Source: an uncultured archaeon (GTDB taxonomy: Archaea > Asgardarchaeota > Thorarchaeia > Thorarchaeales > CAZPUN01). From it: a stretch of 32,000 nt of DNA. Positions 1 through 7,716 of the stretch are shown one piece after another. Each line of letters starts with the position of its first letter. The stretch's first letter is position 1. The stretch lies in the NCBI GenBank assembly GCA_964589775.1, contig CAZPUN010000064.1, positions 1 through 32,000 of the forward strand, read 5' to 3'. A program made the translations under genes and the position numbers. The notes under the pieces were generated by a model, which was not told the DNA's origin, ran no database searches, and saw only the letters and a list, made by a program, of their open reading frames with translations.

Positions 1-2
1 AT

Positions 3-167
3 GATATTGGAGTTGTCTATACGCCTCTGTTGATGAGTATAACTGTTGTTATGTTATTCATAGCGATTCTGCGAATTCCCGAGCCACGTCCTAAAGAACC
101 TCCTATAAAGGAAGAAAAAGTATCAAAAGCTAAACCAAAATCAAAGAAACGGAGGTCCCGCCGATGA
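3..167 (+). CDS. 3' end of a membrane protein gene (partial, runs in from the window edge)
   Basis: Open frame from position 3: DIGVVYTPLLMSITVVMLFIAILRIPEPRPKEPPIKEEKVSKAKPKSKKRRSRR*, i.e. a TM helix plus a basic tail. Its stop overlaps the next start (ATGA, 164-167). Not in the ORF track. Confidence 0.7.
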   Translation, partial: DIGVVYTPLLMSITVVMLFIAILRIPEPRPKEPPIKEEKVSKAKPKSKKRRSRR

Positions 168-424
168 TTTTTGAGATCATACTTATTGGTCTATTATCAT
201 TTACATTTATGTTTTCCAACACAAAGCACAAGAAGGTCCATAAGCAATCCACGAATCTCATTAGGTATGCTCTATTATTCATGTTAATTGGAGAAATAGT
301 ATACTTTATTTCATGGTTCTTTATGCCTGCAATCCTCTACCAAATGGGAAACATACTACGTGGAATAAGCATTATTATTATCGCATATGGCATATATTTC
401 CTTGCAGGGGAAGATTCTTCCTGA
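164..424 (+). CDS. small membrane protein (about 3 TM), hypothetical
   Basis: Three hydrophobic segments; GGAGG at 151-155 upstream; ATGA coupling to the previous gene. Confidence 0.7.
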   Translation: MIFEIILIGLLSFTFMFSNTKHKKVHKQSTNLIRYALLFMLIGEIVYFISWFFMPAILYQMGNILRGISIIIIAYGIYFLAGEDSS

Positions 425-425
425 A

Positions 426-683
426 TTACGCATCCTCTATGTCTGTGATATCAAAGTGGATTATGAATTGTTTCCTTGAAGTCCTGAGCTCCTTCACAAG
501 CAAGGTAATCAGGTCTTCCACTTCATCTTCTTTTACTAAATTTGATTTCCATTCGATTCTATTTTGATCCACTGGCTTATACGGTTTGAAATGCTCAGGC
601 AACTTCATGTCTTTTGGAATTGCAGCAAGGACAGCATATTCATTTGTATTGGGTTTTCTGCCGACCCATATTTCACTATACAT
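426..683 (-). CDS. hypothetical protein (85 aa)
   Basis: Protein-like composition, ATG start, convergent with the previous gene with a 1-nt gap; no family recognised. Confidence 0.65.
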   Translation of the reverse strand: MYSEIWVGRKPNTNEYAVLAAIPKDMKLPEHFKPYKPVDQNRIEWKSNLVKEDEVEDLITLLVKELRTSRKQFIIHFDITDIEDA

Positions 684-1102
684 TTTTCTTCTCGCCGTCC
701 GATCTTTTCTACATTATAATTGCGCTTTTCCATTTATAATCTTATCTTTGCAATTTTTTGATAAAAAACGTTATTTTTTGCATTTTTTATCATTATTCTT
801 TAATTGCGATAAAAACAAGTTTCTCAATTTAGTATTGTAGTAGAAATGAATGTATTTTACTATTATGGCGCGTGTAGAAAATCTGTAACTTTTTCATCAT
901 TTTTTTCAATATATTTAAGAGATATTATTTGGGTTTATATTTATCTTTATATAATATATAAGCGAATATCACATTCATAAAAGCTTAAAAGTAAGAATTA
1001 AGACTGTTTAATATAGACGTATGTTAGAGGGAATATCTCTGAATTCCTAAACATTTGTATTTGAATATTATTTGATTTAATTTGTAAGGTGGCAAACGGA
1101 TT
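684..1102. promoter_or_regulatory. long, very AT-rich divergent promoter region
   Basis: About 420 nt non-coding between divergent genes; several TATA-like boxes (e.g. TTTATATAA near 947-955); inverted repeat TTTTTATC...GATAAAAA at about 784-815. Confidence 0.45.
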
Positions 1103-3205
1103 TTGACTCCAAAGGCATCATCAAAAAAGAGTAAGAAGAGTAAGGCTGTAAAGAGTATGACTAAGTCAACATCAAAAAGTAAGACTAAGTCAACATCAAA
1201 AAGTAAAACCAAGTCAACTACTAAGACTGTATCATCAACTCCGGAACCTGTAAGTGAACCTACTGTTACTACCACGTCTTCTTCGGGTGATATTAGACAA
1301 GGTACAATTGCAAAATTCATGAGGAAGCGAACTCAACTAGTAGGTTTTGAAATGGGATTAAATAAACATACCCAATATGTTGTTGAGTTCCTTGATAATG
1401 CACTTGATGCTATCGAGAGTCTATGGTGGAAACGTAAAAAGAATCCAAAGCTAACTCCAGAACTGGATCCACAATTAATAGAGCATTTAAAACAAAATGT
1501 GAAAGCACAAAATACTGTTCAGCGTGGTAAGGATAAGAACCAGCAGACTCTAGTATCTCCAAAGAAAGAGAAGGATGATTTGAAATCTCAAATGCGTCGT
1601 ATCCGTGAATTTCTTGAACCCTTTTCACCTCTAATAAAAGCAGAGGAGCCGTTTGTCGTTATTAAGCTTGAGGAAGTTGTTTTTCCGGACCTTACATTTA
1701 ATGAAGACCGTAGCGATTATCGTGTATATAGATTCACAATTTTTGATTCAGGCGTTGGAATGGTAAAATCAGATCTTGAAAAATACGGCATTTATCTTGC
1801 ATCTAGTAAATCTGAAAAACTTCGCCAAACAAGAGGTAGTCAAGGATTCGGTGCGCCTTCAGCTTTTAGTGATGCACAAAACACAACTGGAAAACCTATT
1901 GTTGCTCTAAGCCGTAGATTTACAGAAAAGATGGGTATTTTTACAGAATTCTTCACGACCACTGAGAATGATAAAGATTATGTTATTCCCCCTACCGAAG
2001 TTCGGGTTCCATTTAAGCATGGAACTTATGTTCAACTGTATTATCTAAATATTCAATATAAGCGTGGATATGCCGATGTATATGCGCGTATGTCTGCTCT
2101 TATGAATGCGCACATAACTATTATTTTCATTGATCCTTATGGCGAGGTGGCAATATATCCACGTGGTGTTGGAGAATTTCCAAAAGAGCCGAAATATGCA
2201 CAGGCACACCCTGCAAGTGTAAATATTGGTGAGTTTCAAGACTTACTTCGAGAAACACCTTATAAGACATTATTTGCATTCTTGAGAAAGGCATTTACAC
2301 GTATAAGTGCAAACATGGCTGATAAGATTATACAAGAAACTAATATCGAACTAAAGAAAGAACGATTGCCCTTGATAAGCCGACGAACTAAGCCTGATGA
2401 ATTATCAAAGCGGCAAGTTGAGAAATTATATCGTGTTTTCGCAAGTCAGGATTATTTGGCACCTCCAACTGATACAGTTGTTCCAGTTGGTGAAGAAGTA
2501 CTCGAAGAGATCATACAAAAGACATACGAGCCTGAGTTTGTTGCAGCAGTAACTCGAAAGCCTACGAGTGGTAAAGGGCTTTCATTTGCAGTTGAAGCAG
2601 CAATTGCATATGGGGGTAAGATTCAAAATGCGACAAGTGCAACGCAGGTGTTATGGCGATTTGTGAATAGAACCCCAAAGCTTAGGGACAATAGCGACTG
2701 TGCTACTTGGAAAGCAACTGCCATGGTTAATTGGAAGAATTATAAAATTGATACATTTGATAATGGAATTCCAAAAGGTCCGGTGATGCTTTTTATTCAT
2801 GTCTGTGGTGCTTATGCGCATGTTATGTTCAAAGGTCAAAGTAAGCAAGCATTAGCAGAAGATGACGTACTGATCAAAGAAGTAAAACTTGCCCTTGAGC
2901 AAATTGGTCGTACTTTAAGGTCATATATAACCCGAAAGCAACATGCTACTCGTAAGGCTAAACGAGCTGGTATTCTTGCAATGTATGCCGACCTGTTCGC
3001 TAAGAGTATTGTAAACATTGCAAAAACAGATCCAAAAATGAAGAAATACGATGCCGAAGCGTTGGCACAAAAGATTCGTGATGCGATTGAAGGTTTTGAG
3101 GATGAATCTAAATCTGAATCTAAGTCTAGTTCTCAGTCTGGAGCAATAATTTCTGGGACTTCTGAAGAAAAGTCGACTGTATCTGAAGCTGCAGAAGGTG
3201 AGTAG
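1103..3205 (+). CDS. top6B: DNA topoisomerase VI subunit B, with a basic N-terminal tail and a GHKL insertion
   Basis: GHKL motifs EFLDNALDA, DSGVGM, SSK..RQTRGSQGFG and HGT; transducer motifs RFVNRTP and FKGQSKQA; directly upstream of top6A; TTG start. Confidence 0.96.
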   Translation: MTPKASSKKSKKSKAVKSMTKSTSKSKTKSTSKSKTKSTTKTVSSTPEPVSEPTVTTTSSSGDIRQGTIAKFMRKRTQLVGFEMGLNKHTQYVVEFLDNALDAIESLWWKRKKNPKLTPELDPQLIEHLKQNVKAQNTVQRGKDKNQQTLVSPKKEKDDLKSQMRRIREFLEPFSPLIKAEEPFVVIKLEEVVFPDLTFNEDRSDYRVYRFTIFDSGVGMVKSDLEKYGIYLASSKSEKLRQTRGSQGFGAPSAFSDAQNTTGKPIVALSRRFTEKMGIFTEFFTTTENDKDYVIPPTEVRVPFKHGTYVQLYYLNIQYKRGYADVYARMSALMNAHITIIFIDPYGEVAIYPRGVGEFPKEPKYAQAHPASVNIGEFQDLLRETPYKTLFAFLRKAFTRISANMADKIIQETNIELKKERLPLISRRTKPDELSKRQVEKLYRVFASQDYLAPPTDTVVPVGEEVLEEIIQKTYEPEFVAAVTRKPTSGKGLSFAVEAAIAYGGKIQNATSATQVLWRFVNRTPKLRDNSDCATWKATAMVNWKNYKIDTFDNGIPKGPVMLFIHVCGAYAHVMFKGQSKQALAEDDVLIKEVKLALEQIGRTLRSYITRKQHATRKAKRAGILAMYADLFAKSIVNIAKTDPKMKKYDAEALAQKIRDAIEGFEDESKSESKSSSQSGAIISGTSEEKSTVSEAAEGE
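1159..1218 (+). repeat. 24-bp coding tandem repeat (TKSTSKSK units)
   Basis: GACTAAGTCAACATCAAAAAGTAA at 1159-1182 and 1183-1206, plus a degenerate half copy at 1207-1218. Confidence 0.9.
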
Positions 3206-3208
3206 TAA

Positions 3209-4471
3209 ATGCCAAAAGCAAAGAAGACTAAGAGCAAAAAACAAGCTGAAAAGGAACAAGTGGATAGAGTTCTTGCACTTGTCCGAAAAATGAAAGAAGA
3301 AATGCGCAAGAAAGATATAGAAGAAGAAAAGGCATTAAAGGCAAAATTGAAAAAAGAAAAGAAGACCGGAAAAAAGGTTGTTGACATTCAAAAATATTTC
3401 GAAGTTCAGGAATTATCGAAAGATGAGATTCACAAAAGAATTCATGAGCTCGTAAAAGAAATTATACAGCAGATTGAGACTACTGGACGACCTTATTTCG
3501 AAATTCCCTCACGTTCTGCAGATAACATCATTTGGGACGAGGAACGCGATCTTTTGATGCTCGGTAAAAAAACTTCCACACGTTCGTTCCATAGTTTATC
3601 CTCAGTAGTTGATGCTACCAGAACTGCTCGAGTGTTAGAAATTGTGCATGAATTAATTGAAAATAATTTACACGCAACGAAACGAGAAGTATTCTACAGT
3701 GATGTAAATCTTTTCAAGGAGCAGAAGAATAGCGACAAAATTATTGAAGACGTTGCAGTTATGCTAAAGACCACTCGTGATAGTACACATGTTGTTGCAT
3801 CTGCTCGCGGTTCTGCAATCGGGCGTGTCATTATTAAAGACGGTGGTGACCTCATAGATCTTACGAAGATGGGTACTGGTGGGTGGTCAATTACTCCATT
3901 CCTGGACCAAGTAGAAATTGTAGACAGTGATGCAGAATTTATATTACATGCAGAAAAAGATGCAGCTGTAATGCGTCTAGCAGAAGCTAAGTTCTGGAAA
4001 AAGTACCCCTGTATTATATTAACTGGAAAAGGAGCTGGAGATATTGCCACTCGAGCTTTCCTAAGACGCTTGGTAAAGGAACTACGAATTCCTGCATTCT
4101 CATTGGTCGATAGTGATCCTTATGGACATTATATCTATTCAATTTTCATACGCGGTAGCAAGAAGCTAAGTTATGAGTCTCCATTTCTTGCAACTCCGGA
4201 ATTGAAACTTTTAGGCGTTCTGAGTCGTGACCTGGACGAATTTAAGATTCCGAAATCCGTACGGATTCCTATGGAGCCCGCTGACATAAAAAGAACTAGG
4301 GAATTGATCAACGAGCCATTCGTTCAGAAAAACAAGGAATGGGTAAAAGACTTGAAACTGATGTTAAAAATTAAGGAGAAAGCGGAAATACAAGCTTTTG
4401 CAGCTCATAGTTTTAAATTCCTTGTGGAAGAATATTTGCCTACAAAATTAGAAACTGGGGATTGGATATAA
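3209..4471 (+). CDS. top6A: DNA topoisomerase VI subunit A (Spo11 family)
   Basis: Catalytic Tyr in TKREVFYS; TOPRIM AEKDA and DSDPYG; C-terminal KAEIQAF; 3 nt after the top6B stop. Confidence 0.97.
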   Translation: MPKAKKTKSKKQAEKEQVDRVLALVRKMKEEMRKKDIEEEKALKAKLKKEKKTGKKVVDIQKYFEVQELSKDEIHKRIHELVKEIIQQIETTGRPYFEIPSRSADNIIWDEERDLLMLGKKTSTRSFHSLSSVVDATRTARVLEIVHELIENNLHATKREVFYSDVNLFKEQKNSDKIIEDVAVMLKTTRDSTHVVASARGSAIGRVIIKDGGDLIDLTKMGTGGWSITPFLDQVEIVDSDAEFILHAEKDAAVMRLAEAKFWKKYPCIILTGKGAGDIATRAFLRRLVKELRIPAFSLVDSDPYGHYIYSIFIRGSKKLSYESPFLATPELKLLGVLSRDLDEFKIPKSVRIPMEPADIKRTRELINEPFVQKNKEWVKDLKLMLKIKEKAEIQAFAAHSFKFLVEEYLPTKLETGDWI

Positions 4472-4478
4472 ATCCCCT

Positions 4479-5513
4479 TTACAATTTCTTAATTTTCTTT
4501 TCAATCTCTCGAATACTCTTTGTATCGTTTATTTTCAAGTAGCAGTCTATAGCCTTTTGATATAATTCTAACGCGAGTTTCTTGTCATCACTTTTGACTG
4601 CCGCATCACCACGCTTTTTGTAATCCTCTGCAGCTTTCTCGTATGCTTCATTGATCTTATTTTCCATATTCTTTATGCGTTTGCTATCTTTTGCCTTGAT
4701 ATAGTAATCCTTTGCAATTTCAAATTGGCGAACCGCATCTTCATATTGTTTATTCTTTACTAGCGATTCTCCTTCTTTCCTGTAGATTTCTCCTAAACTA
4801 ATATACGCGTTTGTTATCTTTTCATTGGTGTTTTTAATTCCATCTTCATGGCTTGCGTGTTCATATATTCGTTTTGCTTTATTAAGAAGTTCAATTGCCT
4901 CAATATACTTCTTTTCTTTTATTAATGCATTTGCAGCTTCGACTCTTGCTTTGCCCATCGCTTCATAAACATATGTTGGATATTCGAAATTATCTGGCGT
5001 ATAAATATGGCCACATCGAGGACATGTAATAGTCGTAGTTACTGAGACTGCAGAAACTGAAACGCCTTCTTCTGTTGGTTCCTCAATTTCAAATTCGATA
5101 TCTTCCTCACCTGTAGTTTGTTTTGTATGTTTTTTAACTTGGGCTTCTGTTGTTTTCGGTTCAATTGCGGCTTCTAATACATCATCACTCGGTAATTCTG
5201 ATTCATCAATTTGAGTAAATGGCGATTCGACTACTTCCATATGTGTAGATTCTTCTTCGATCTTATGTTCGCCTTTTAATGCTTTTTCTAAGGCTTTTAC
5301 AGGAACTATTGTTTCCGATTTTGAGGGCTTAGCAGGGGCTTCTACTTTAGCAATAGGTTCTGGCTTTGTGGCTTTTTCGACAATCTTAACTTCTTCTTTT
5401 GGTTCAGACGATAATTCAATTTCATCAGTAATTGGCAATCCACAATTTGTGCATATTGGAATACTTGCGTCCGTTAATTCACCACAATGGGGGCACTTGA
5501 TTAGATCTGTCAA
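4479..5513 (-). CDS. zinc-ribbon + acidic linker + TPR/alpha-SNAP-like repeat protein
   Basis: N-terminal CPHCG..CTNCG; Glu/Pro/Thr-rich linker; internal CPRCG; helical repeats (YIEAIELLNKAKRIY, YEDAVRQFEIAKDYY, ALELYQKAIDCY); GAGGTG upstream of the TTG start. Confidence 0.8.
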   Translation of the reverse strand: MTDLIKCPHCGELTDASIPICTNCGLPITDEIELSSEPKEEVKIVEKATKPEPIAKVEAPAKPSKSETIVPVKALEKALKGEHKIEEESTHMEVVESPFTQIDESELPSDDVLEAAIEPKTTEAQVKKHTKQTTGEEDIEFEIEEPTEEGVSVSAVSVTTTITCPRCGHIYTPDNFEYPTYVYEAMGKARVEAANALIKEKKYIEAIELLNKAKRIYEHASHEDGIKNTNEKITNAYISLGEIYRKEGESLVKNKQYEDAVRQFEIAKDYYIKAKDSKRIKNMENKINEAYEKAAEDYKKRGDAAVKSDDKKLALELYQKAIDCYLKINDTKSIREIEKKIKKL

Positions 5514-5601
5514 TAAATTCCACCTCTATATTCTAATATCTAAGTTTTGTATGAATATACTATTAAGCCTACTGTAGCTAAATTACTCCCATATTATAAT
5601 A

Positions 5602-6198
5602 TTAAACAGGGAATAATATAAAATATACACAAAGTGTAATTAGAACTGATACGAAAACACCTGCTATTGCTTGGCTTGGCGTGTGAGCTTTTAATTTTAG
5701 TCTTGCCCATATCATAATAACTATCGGGATGACTAATATCAATGCAGGAATGCCATATAGATAGATCAATGCAGTACTTGGACCTGCTACGCCTGCTGTA
5801 TGTGCTGAGATTTTCCACTTCGTATTAATTATTAAAAGTCCGAGTGTAACAAATCCATAAGCTATCGCAATACTCATCATTACTATGTTTCCACAAAAAT
5901 GATATATTATGCCTGCTACAAAATACCAGAAAACCGCATTTGCATATAAGACATTTCTTCGCTCCATCTCACTTATGTCAAAATCCACTTTGCCTTTCTT
6001 TATCAATATTGCGGGGGGACCTCCTGGCATAATAACCATAAAGAAAATACCTATCGCTATGGATAAAATTGGCTGTTGAATTGTAAATTCGGCTGGGGGT
6101 ACTAACGATACAAATAGAACGATCCAGAAATCAACTAATGGCGGTGGAAAAAGTTTTGATATAGCATTTGCAATTTTAACAGACAATGTCATGGGCAC
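5602..6198 (-). CDS. PAP2-like membrane phosphoesterase family protein
   Basis: Multi-TM protein with WKISAH and WARLKLKAHT motifs. Confidence 0.75.
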   Translation of the reverse strand: MPMTLSVKIANAISKLFPPPLVDFWIVLFVSLVPPAEFTIQQPILSIAIGIFFMVIMPGGPPAILIKKGKVDFDISEMERRNVLYANAVFWYFVAGIIYHFCGNIVMMSIAIAYGFVTLGLLIINTKWKISAHTAGVAGPSTALIYLYGIPALILVIPIVIMIWARLKLKAHTPSQAIAGVFVSVLITLCVYFILFPV

Positions 6199-6421
6199 TC
6201 TTCCTCGAACTTGTTTTCTATTGTATGAAACTAAATGAATGCTTTCCTATATTCGTTAAATATTCCCAATTTGATTGGGATACAATATTTTATAAGTCTC
6301 TTTGTGAATGATATGTAGTAAATACTTTCGGATAACTGTCGTATTTAAATACTTAAACCGAAAGTATTATTATGAAGATGTATTAGTGATTATACATTTA
6401 ATCGTACTGGAGGGAACTGGT

Positions 6422-7444
6422 ATTCCCAAAGAACCTGATGATGAGTATTATGAAGATGATTTGGTTCCTCCTGAAACAGTAGGGGGTCCAGATACCGAAA
6501 GCGTGGCAGATATTAATTTAACTGAACTGCCAGGTGTAGGACCTGCAATAGCGAAAAGACTTGAAGCTGCTGGTTTTAAAACTGTAGAAGCAATTGCTGT
6601 GGCATCGCCAGGAGAATTAGCCGCGGCTGGTTCAATTGGTGAGGCAACTGCTCAGAAAATTATCAAAGCAGCCCGTGAGATGTTAGATATTGGATTTGAG
6701 ACTGCGGAAGTAGTATTAGAACGCAGATTAAACGCTGGTAGAATCACTACCGGCTCAAAAGCATTAGATGCCCTTCTTGGTGGTGGCATTGAAACACAAT
6801 CCATCACTGAGGTATATGGTTCATTTAGATCCGGAAAGACCCAGCTTGCACATCAATTGTCTGTAAATGTTCAATTACCTCCCGAACGTGGTGGTCTTGA
6901 AGGACGTGTCATCTATATCGACACAGAAGGTACATTTAGACCTGAACGCTTGGTTGATATGGCTACAGCACTTGGGCTTGATCCCAAGGAAATCTTGAAG
7001 AACGTAATTTATGCGCGTGCCTATAACTCTGACCATCAGATTTTGCTTGCAGACCAAGCTGCCGAAATGGCACGTGAGAAGAATATTAAATTAATCGTAG
7101 TCGATTCTCTTACAAGTCATTTTAGAGCTGAATACACCGGTCGTGGTATGCTTGCACCAAGACAACAAAAGCTAAACAAGCACTTGCACAATCTTCAAAG
7201 AACTGCCGAAATAAATAATCTGGCAGTATTTCTGACAAATCAAGTTATGGCAAAGCCGGATGCATTCTTCGGTGACCCGACATCTCCTGTTGGGGGTCAC
7301 GTTGTAGCTCACGTACCACAGACTAGATTGTATCTTCGTAAATCAAAAGGCGACCGTCGTATTTGTCGTTTGGTAGATTCTCCGAGTTTGCCTGAAGGCG
7401 AAGCTGTTTTCGTAATTTTGAAAGATGGTATAAGGGATCCATAA
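6422..7444 (+). CDS. radA: DNA repair and recombination protein RadA (start uncertain; ORF track gives 6308)
   Basis: N-terminal HhH LPGVGPA; Walker A GSFRSGKT; [13 protein letters not shown]; Walker B IVVDS; RQQKL; GGHVVAH; [12 protein letters not shown]. The start is placed at ATT 6422 because GGAGGG lies 7 nt upstream. Confidence 0.96.
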   Translation: MPKEPDDEYYEDDLVPPETVGGPDTESVADINLTELPGVGPAIAKRLEAAGFKTVEAIAVASPGELAAAGSIGEATAQKIIKAAREMLDIGFETAEVVLERRLNAGRITTGSKALDALLGGGIETQSITEVYGSFRSGKTQLAHQLSVNVQLPPERGGLEGRVIYIDTEGTFRPERLVDMATALGLDPKEILKNVIYARAYNSDHQILLADQAAEMAREKNIKLIVVDSLTSHFRAEYTGRGMLAPRQQKLNKHLHNLQRTAEINNLAVFLTNQVMAKPDAFFGDPTSPVGGHVVAHVPQTRLYLRKSKGDRRICRLVDSPSLPEGEAVFVILKDGIRDP

Positions 7445-7458
7445 GAGATCCCTCTTAC

Positions 7459-7716
7459 TAAACACTATGCAAGAATGTATCGCTTTTAAAAGCGACGTTG
7501 AATCGCAATAAGAATCCATAAGTGCATGCATACAAAAATCAACTAATTTGAGAATTTATAGGGTGCGACTTGAATGTATGTGTCGCATCCAAAAACGTCT
7601 TCGGAAAAACTTGAGTATGTTGTATCTTCGTTGGGATACGGCGAGTTGCGAGAAATGGCTACCGCGAGGTAATCCATACGCAAAATCATCGTATTTCAAT
7701 ACGGAAAGTATATCAG
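7459..7716 (+). mobile_element. non-autonomous IS200/IS605-family miniature element, copy 1 (left end + omegaRNA-like scaffold + right end)
   Basis: Preceded by TTAC (7455-7458); left-end hairpin TGCAAGAATGTATCGCTTTTAAAAGCGACGTTGAATCGCA (7468-7507); right-end hairpin CGTATTTCAATACG, then AGTATATCAG (ends 7716); homologous to 25951-26143. Confidence 0.75.
7627..7716 (+). ncRNA. putative TnpB omegaRNA/reRNA-like scaffold, copy 1
   Basis: Stems TTCGTTG/CGGCGAG and TTGCG..ATGG..TACC-GCGA-GGTA..CCAT..CGCAA (GNRA loop), plus a terminal hairpin; covaries with the copy at 26051-26143. Confidence 0.6.

Noticed and set aside
1159-1218. CRISPR-like repeat
   Set aside because: The units are contiguous with no spacers, in frame within top6B, and no cas genes are present.
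1421-1645. Intein in Top6B
   Set aside because: No N-terminal Cys/Ser block, no His-Asn followed by Cys/Ser/Thr, and too short.
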